From a virus (taxonomy: Duplodnaviria; Caudoviricetes), in the IMG/VR virus record IMGVR_UViG_3300021387_001337, positions 6,483 through 70,482 of that record: a DNA stretch of 64,000 nt. One strand, 5' to 3'. Below, one piece after another: positions 58,798 to 64,000 of this stretch. The notes under the pieces are model-generated. The model had not been told where the DNA came from. It saw nothing but the letters and a program-made list of their open reading frames with translations, and did no database searches. Position 1 is the first letter of the stretch; the number at the start of each line of letters is the position of its first letter. The translations under genes were made by a program, and so were the position numbers.

Positions 58798-58849
58798 AAC
58801 TGTTTATTTACTGTTTTTTAATTGTGTTAATAATCCTTTTGAATAATAA

Positions 58850-59320
58850 TTAGTTGTTCCAAGGCAAATCTCCTGCCTCTGCTTCCTGCTCATTGGCAGG
58901 CTCAGCAGCCACTTCAGATACTGCCTCTCCTTCTGCTCCCACTGTTGCCTCAGGTTCAGATTCAGGCTCCTGAAAGGTTGTCCCTTCCTTATCAGCAATA
59001 GTGATGACATACTGCTTCTTCTGCTCATCATAAGTAACAATGTCAGTAGGCAGATATTTAGTAACCTTGATGGGCTTACCATCCTTACCTGTAGCACCTG
59101 TAGGCTCTATAACCTTCTTTACAAGGTCATAAACAGGCAGGCCAACAATCTTGACAATACCTTCCTCCAGAGAATCATTGAGTGCCTGAAGACTCTTCAT
59201 CTCATTAACAAGAGGTATAATCTTGTTCTTGAGTGACTCAATCTTGCGCATATTGGGATCCATCATCTTAGCTGCGCTCTTTACCTGTTGAAACTGTGAA
59301 TAAGAAATTCTTTTCTCCAT
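58850..59320 (-). CDS. Hypothetical protein with acidic tail (DLPWNN)
   Basis: SSB-like tail; ORF in block. Confidence 0.7.
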   Translation of the reverse strand: MEKRISYSQFQQVKSAAKMMDPNMRKIESLKNKIIPLVNEMKSLQALNDSLEEGIVKIVGLPVYDLVKKVIEPTGATGKDGKPIKVTKYLPTDIVTYDEQKKQYVITIADKEGTTFQEPESEPEATVGAEGEAVSEVAAEPANEQEAEAGDLPWNN

Positions 59321-59364
59321 AATGTTTTTGTTTTTTAATTAATTAATATTGTTGTGTATATCTT

Positions 59365-60087
59365 TTAGGCTGCACTATCAGCCTTATCTTCTATTTTATA
59401 ATACTTACGAATGGTATCATCTACCAGTCGAAGAGAGTTAGGAATTTCAAAATCAGAGAACATTCCCAAAGGAGTCTTTGCAGAACTGTGATTAGCCTTA
59501 GTTTGGAAGAAATACTTATTATCTCCATCATCTCCGTAGTCCACGCGAGTCATTAATACCAATGGATAGAAACCTTCAGGTTGTGTTTTAGTGAGTTTCT
59601 TACCAATGACAGAGAACACAGTTTTTTCAGTACCGTCAGGCTGTGTCTGAAGCATAGTATGACCAAAAATGTAAACTATCTGATCCTTGCGAAGAGCATT
59701 ACAGAGCATATTAAGTTCTATAACGTCATTGGCTAAATCCTTCCATTGGTCAAATGACATCTTTTTGCGGTCATTAAATTCCTTCATAGCCAACCAAATA
59801 TTTACTGTATCAATAGCTACAGACTTAATCTCTGGATTCTTGGCACAATATTCAAGTGCCTTCTTAACCTCATCGAAAGTTTTTGGTTCTACATAATTTC
59901 TATGTTCTGTGTCCCACATGCCTCCAGGGAAAGGAAGGGTCTTTCTATCAAGATTGATGATGAAATGACTCTTGGGATTCATACCTTGATAATTTTCAAG
60001 GTCAAACTTACCATCAGGATTGATGATAGTTGAGGTGGTCTTTCCATCTCCAGACGCACCTAAAATAGCTACAATTGTTGCTGCCAT
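59365..60087 (-). CDS. AAA_24/Sak4-like ATPase
   Basis: GASGDGKT Walker A; VAIDT Walker B. Confidence 0.8.
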   Translation of the reverse strand: MAATIVAILGASGDGKTTSTIINPDGKFDLENYQGMNPKSHFIINLDRKTLPFPGGMWDTEHRNYVEPKTFDEVKKALEYCAKNPEIKSVAIDTVNIWLAMKEFNDRKKMSFDQWKDLANDVIELNMLCNALRKDQIVYIFGHTMLQTQPDGTEKTVFSVIGKKLTKTQPEGFYPLVLMTRVDYGDDGDNKYFFQTKANHSSAKTPLGMFSDFEIPNSLRLVDDTIRKYYKIEDKADSAA

Positions 60088-60125
60088 TTGTTTCTTCTAC
60101 TCTTTTAAAATTGTTATTGACTGTG

Positions 60126-60133
60126 CAAAGGTA
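60126..60133 (-). promoter_or_regulatory. -7 promoter element
   Basis: TACCTTTG in the intergenic region upstream of 60087. Confidence 0.5.
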
Positions 60134-60201
60134 TTTTCTTAATGTAAGAAGATTACCTTGCTTAAAATTTTCTTTATGTTAATTGAAGGGAGTTACTAAG
60201 C

Positions 60202-61296
60202 CTAACTTCTCATATTATGGTCTATTAACTGATATACTTGATTAAGCTTGGAAAGTTCGTTAGGTTTAGGTAAGGGACTAAAAAAGTTTACTGCACCATC
60301 AAAGTAAAGTGGTAAGTAGCCATTAGACTCTCCCTCACGGTTTAAGACAACTTCAAGAAACCTGCCATACCCACCAAGTTTCTTAGTATCATAGCCTCTG
60401 TAGTCATCTATCTCAAAAGCATGAGGATTGGTTATACCCAACATTACTGAAGCATCTTTACCAGTATTCTTGGTGTCAGCAAGTCCTGCCAAGGTAGGCA
60501 TAATCTTCTTTTGCTTAAAAGCATCAAGAGAAATAGTATCAATATTCTGCTGCTGGACTAACACTGGAGTATAATGGAATTTATCTCTAAAATCAATAAA
60601 GTACTCAGAGAGCTTATCAATGCATTGTTTGAGGTTCCAGCCACGTTCTAACTCTGTAAGTCCTGCATGGTCCCAAAGGATAATTACATATTCATTAGGG
60701 TCATTTGGCTCATAGTGATCAAAGAGATTTTTCTTCTCTCCTCCAATTATGGCTTCTTTTGTTACTATCTTACCATGTTCCTGAGCGTATTTCAATATTA
60801 CCTTCCAACATCCTGTAGGATTACGCTGGTTGATAAATTCTACATGATCCATATAGAAATTTAGAATACTCTGATAATCTATAGTGTCTAATATATCAAG
60901 TACCTCATCAGGAGCAGTATTGTTCTCATTAGTAGAGTTAAGTACCATCGGAGATACTCTTATTCTATGATTAGAGAACCTATATAGAAGATGTGAACAG
61001 AATCTTGCTGTAATCTTCTCAGGTGTTTCTTCTAGTGGGAAATAGAACAGCTTTACCCTTACTTGGTCAGGATGCTCATAAGCATATAGCAGTGGCTCAT
61101 ATACAAACAGAGAACTAGCTATTTGTGTCTTTGCACTCTTAGCTGCTCCTGATATTAAATAATACTTACCTTGCTCTACTCCAGGATAATCATTTCTAAA
61201 GATTTGAAATGGTGATGGAATGCAGTTTACTCCTCCCTCAACAACTCTTCTTTTCCTCTCTCTAAAGCCTTGGAGAGTTCTTTGAACTACATTCAT
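60202..61296 (-). CDS. DnaB-like (SF4) replicative helicase
   Basis: SGAAKSAKT, ILWDH, VLVQQQ, VLNREG. Confidence 0.75.
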   Translation of the reverse strand: MNVVQRTLQGFRERKRRVVEGGVNCIPSPFQIFRNDYPGVEQGKYYLISGAAKSAKTQIASSLFVYEPLLYAYEHPDQVRVKLFYFPLEETPEKITARFCSHLLYRFSNHRIRVSPMVLNSTNENNTAPDEVLDILDTIDYQSILNFYMDHVEFINQRNPTGCWKVILKYAQEHGKIVTKEAIIGGEKKNLFDHYEPNDPNEYVIILWDHAGLTELERGWNLKQCIDKLSEYFIDFRDKFHYTPVLVQQQNIDTISLDAFKQKKIMPTLAGLADTKNTGKDASVMLGITNPHAFEIDDYRGYDTKKLGGYGRFLEVVLNREGESNGYLPLYFDGAVNFFSPLPKPNELSKLNQVYQLIDHNMRS

Positions 61297-61299
61297 ACT

Positions 61300-61890
61300 T
61301 TAATTTCTTGCATATCTTTTCCAGTCCTCCTGAGTATTAACCTCCTCTTCCTCACTCTCCTTGTTCTCAAGGAATGTAGCAAGAGAGGATTGAAGTTCCC
61401 CTCCCTTATTACGATTGTCTTTACATACAAAGTAATTAGCCATTTGAAAAGGAGGATTATAGTTACCTCTAAAGCTAGCTACATACCTTTTAGTAGCATC
61501 AATTATATCTTCATCAGAAGCATCTCCCCAATTAGTAATAAACCTTTTAAGAGCCTGCTTAATGGCTACCTTGTTACTTTTATGATAATACTTTGTGCCT
61601 GTTCTCTCATCTCTCTTAAAGCCTTGTGGATAGCATTTCTGTATCTCTTCGGCTAACTTCAGTAGCCTATCATCATCTATATTACCTCCAGAGTCACAGA
61701 GGATTTCATCAAGTACATCAGACCAATGCTGAGTGACTTGCATTTCTCCTCCCACATCTACAAGAATTTCTCTTGCAAGCATATTACTGAGGGTATCTCC
61801 CTTGGAAATCCTGAATGCCAAAGCAAACAGGACTTCCTGAACAGTCATCTTATGTTTCAGACATGTCTTTTCATCAATTGTTATTTTCAT
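61300..61890 (-). CDS. Hypothetical replication-associated protein
   Basis: ORF immediately upstream of the helicase. Confidence 0.7.
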   Translation of the reverse strand: MKITIDEKTCLKHKMTVQEVLFALAFRISKGDTLSNMLAREILVDVGGEMQVTQHWSDVLDEILCDSGGNIDDDRLLKLAEEIQKCYPQGFKRDERTGTKYYHKSNKVAIKQALKRFITNWGDASDEDIIDATKRYVASFRGNYNPPFQMANYFVCKDNRNKGGELQSSLATFLENKESEEEEVNTQEDWKRYARN

Positions 61891-61891
61891 T

Positions 61892-62095
61892 TTACTTTAA
61901 TTTAATTGTTACTTTGCCCGTAGGAAATACTAATGATGTTTCTTCACCACCAGTACATTTCTGAGCCAAATCGTTTATGATGGGCTCTAGAGTGTCATAA
62001 TACTTGAGAGCCAAGTCTTTCAATGGGTAATTAATATTACTTGGCTCTCTTTTTGGAATGGGATCAATGATTCTGTCTTTTTTAAATTCCATCAT
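61892..62095 (-). CDS. Hypothetical protein
   Basis: Coupled ORF. Confidence 0.65.
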   Translation of the reverse strand: MMEFKKDRIIDPIPKREPSNINYPLKDLALKYYDTLEPIINDLAQKCTGGEETSLVFPTGKVTIKLK

Positions 62096-63288
62096 ATTTC
62101 TTGAATTGAATGTATTGTTTTTATTGACTTAAATCCTTCAACTCCCTTTAATACCAACTCTTCCTCTCTTGTCCCCTTATAGTAAGGAATAACCATAATA
62201 GGATCTTTATGTCTCAATAGACGACCTTGCCTCTGACTAGTGATAATTTCGGAGGAAGTGATATTACAGAAGATGCCATAGCGACAATCTACCAGATTAG
62301 CATTCTCGTTAAGGATGTTTACAGCTGTGATATGGTTTATCTTCTTTGCATTGAAGTCATCATATACTTTAGTAGCATCCTTGTTCTGAGAGTGGATACA
62401 ATTCTTGCCAAGATGTTCAGTCTGGGCAATAGTCTTACAGAAGGTGATAGTTCTCTCCTTGTCAAGATGGTGGAGTATAGCCTTTACCCAGCCTAACTTA
62501 CAGTCAGCAAGAAACTCAAGCCTCTTTCCACACATAAAAAGCCAAGTTTGCTTCATGGCAGGGTTAATCATAGCCTTCTTCTTATACCATTCAATAGTCT
62601 TGTCTAAGTCCATCAGCTTTTGTTTCTGAGTGCATTTGAGGATAGCATGAACCTTCTGTTTCTTCAGCTTCCAGTAATCCTTATACTCTCCATGAACTAC
62701 AGGACCTTTGGCTTTAGGATTCAGTTCAATAGTTTCACTCATTCTTGTGTTCTCTACCTCAAGAGGAAAGAGGAGGATTGTAGGTTCGGGAAGTACTTCA
62801 GAGTCAATAGCCTCAATGATGTCACAAGAGACTACCTCAGAGTGGTAGTGATACCTAAAGAAAGCCTTGACATTGCGAGGAATAGTTGCACTTAAACCAA
62901 GCATATAGCCATACTTAATAGTCTTCAGTGCTTCCATTCTAGCTTCGGATGCTATGTGGTGGCACTCATCTAACACGACAAAATCAAAGAATTCTCCTGT
63001 ATGCTTGTGGAGAGATTCATAACACTCCATAGTTACATCAACATTTATACCTCCCCACTTCTTAAATTCATCCTTCCAAGTTTGTTTATGTACTATTTTT
63101 GCTACTAATAGAAGCATCTTAGGCTTGCGAGACTTATAGACAGAATCAGCAATCCAATTGATTAAATCTATAGATATTTTGCTTTTTCCGAGTCCTGTAG
63201 CAGCTTCTAATAGCAAACAATTACTTTTAGTTAGTGCTGTTCTACAAGCACTGTTTACTTCTTCTCTAGTCATTTTTAACTGTACCAA
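62092..63288 (-). CDS. SF2 (DExH) helicase
   Basis: ATGLGKS, DECH, SAT, QRQGR. Confidence 0.9.
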   Translation of the reverse strand: MVQLKMTREEVNSACRTALTKSNCLLLEAATGLGKSKISIDLINWIADSVYKSRKPKMLLLVAKIVHKQTWKDEFKKWGGINVDVTMECYESLHKHTGEFFDFVVLDECHHIASEARMEALKTIKYGYMLGLSATIPRNVKAFFRYHYHSEVVSCDIIEAIDSEVLPEPTILLFPLEVENTRMSETIELNPKAKGPVVHGEYKDYWKLKKQKVHAILKCTQKQKLMDLDKTIEWYKKKAMINPAMKQTWLFMCGKRLEFLADCKLGWVKAILHHLDKERTITFCKTIAQTEHLGKNCIHSQNKDATKVYDDFNAKKINHITAVNILNENANLVDCRYGIFCNITSSEIITSQRQGRLLRHKDPIMVIPYYKGTREEELVLKGVEGFKSIKTIHSIQEI

Positions 63289-63300
63289 ATTTCAGGTAAA

Positions 63301-63525
63301 TCATATTGCTTCTGCATAAAACTCTTCTGGTTCAATGTTAGAGAAATGCTCAGTAGCAAGAAAATCTTGATAAGAGAGTTCCTCATCAATAGACTTGTTA
63401 ATAAGCTCGTTCAATTCAAAAATACATTCACTAATACCTGTTTTATAGGCAAATGGCTGAGTAGGACTATCTGCCCTCTCTTGCCATTTAGTGATAATCT
63501 GTTGCAAATCAAATACATTAATCAT
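63301..63525 (-). CDS. Hypothetical protein
   Basis: ORF in block. Confidence 0.65.
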   Translation of the reverse strand: MINVFDLQQIITKWQERADSPTQPFAYKTGISECIFELNELINKSIDEELSYQDFLATEHFSNIEPEEFYAEAI

Positions 63526-63538
63526 AGTTATAAGAATT

Positions 63539-63850
63539 TTAATGTGTCAGACTCCTCAACACTGTCATAAGCCTGCGCCATATTCCAGGATTACTCTCTT
63601 CTCCCATACCATTCTTCCTGTTTCTACTTACATGCTTAGGACTGGCTGTAAAGAAACAAGTGTTCCTTGGATCCTTAGATACATGACCATACCATCTGCC
63701 TTGAACAGCACTTTTAGTACGACCAGTTTGTTCTGCTACTGCAAGAAAACATCTGTGAAGATTCTGAGGTCTTGCTTTTACATACCTTAAGATTGTTGCA
63801 TCTTCTTCAGCTGTCCATCTCTTGCAATGTCTGTTGTTACTTTGTCTCAT
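63539..63850 (-). CDS. Myb/SANT-like HTH protein
   Basis: KRWTAEEDATILRYV...VAEQTGRTKSAVQGRW. Confidence 0.65.
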   Translation of the reverse strand: MRQSNNRHCKRWTAEEDATILRYVKARPQNLHRCFLAVAEQTGRTKSAVQGRWYGHVSKDPRNTCFFTASPKHVSRNRKNGMGEESNPGIWRRLMTVLRSLTH

Positions 63851-64000
63851 TTTTACTATTATTTAAAAGATTATTATTTTCCAGCCTAAGCTGGGAGAAT
63901 TATCACATAAAAAGCTTCCTACTATCTTCTCAGACAATAGGAAGCAATCATAACTAAAAACCTAAAACTATAAATATTACTACTAACCTAAAACAATCTT

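Noticed and set aside
1-64000. Genome-wide stop-codon reassignment (TAG=Gln or TGA=Trp), as in some crAss-like phages
   Set aside because: Genes of 1.5-2.8 kaa are intact in the standard code, and TAA, TGA and TAG all end genes at sensible positions; only one isolated in-frame TAG was found.
1-64000. CRISPR arrays, tRNA genes, diversity-generating retroelement or integrase
   Set aside because: No regularly spaced repeats, tRNA T-loop cloverleaf, reverse transcriptase or recombinase motifs seen by eye; a tRNAscan-SE run would be needed to exclude tRNAs.

Overview
This 64 kb window is a segment of a Bacteroidota-infecting crAss-like phage (Crassvirales) genome in the standard genetic code. Left part (1-17 kb, mostly + strand): the C-terminal part of a giant virion protein, a modular AxGG-linker protein with an NlpC/P60-like domain (- strand), a holin-amidase lysis pair, a six-gene operon of unknown function, tail/receptor-binding genes with an SGNH esterase, and small promoter-bearing accessory genes. 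From 17 to 30 kb (- strand): a 1630 aa virion protein and the 2767 aa crAss-type virion RNA polymerase (DFDIDK motif). From 30 to 64 kb (- strand): small early genes, ThyX, family A DNA polymerase, dUTPase, NrdD/NrdG, UDG, primase, SSB, AAA ATPase and two helicases. The standout is a tightly coupled, apparently complete ubiquitin-like conjugation operon: Ubl precursor, E2, JAB protease, E1/ThiF and a coupled unknown gene. Its E2 gene is split inside the active-site HxH motif by a 1134 nt group I intron (54338-55471), and the LAGLIDADG endonuclease in that intron is encoded on the strand opposite to the intron. The genome is strongly CpG-depleted except in the tail-fibre block. All family assignments come from motifs read by eye; no searches were run.
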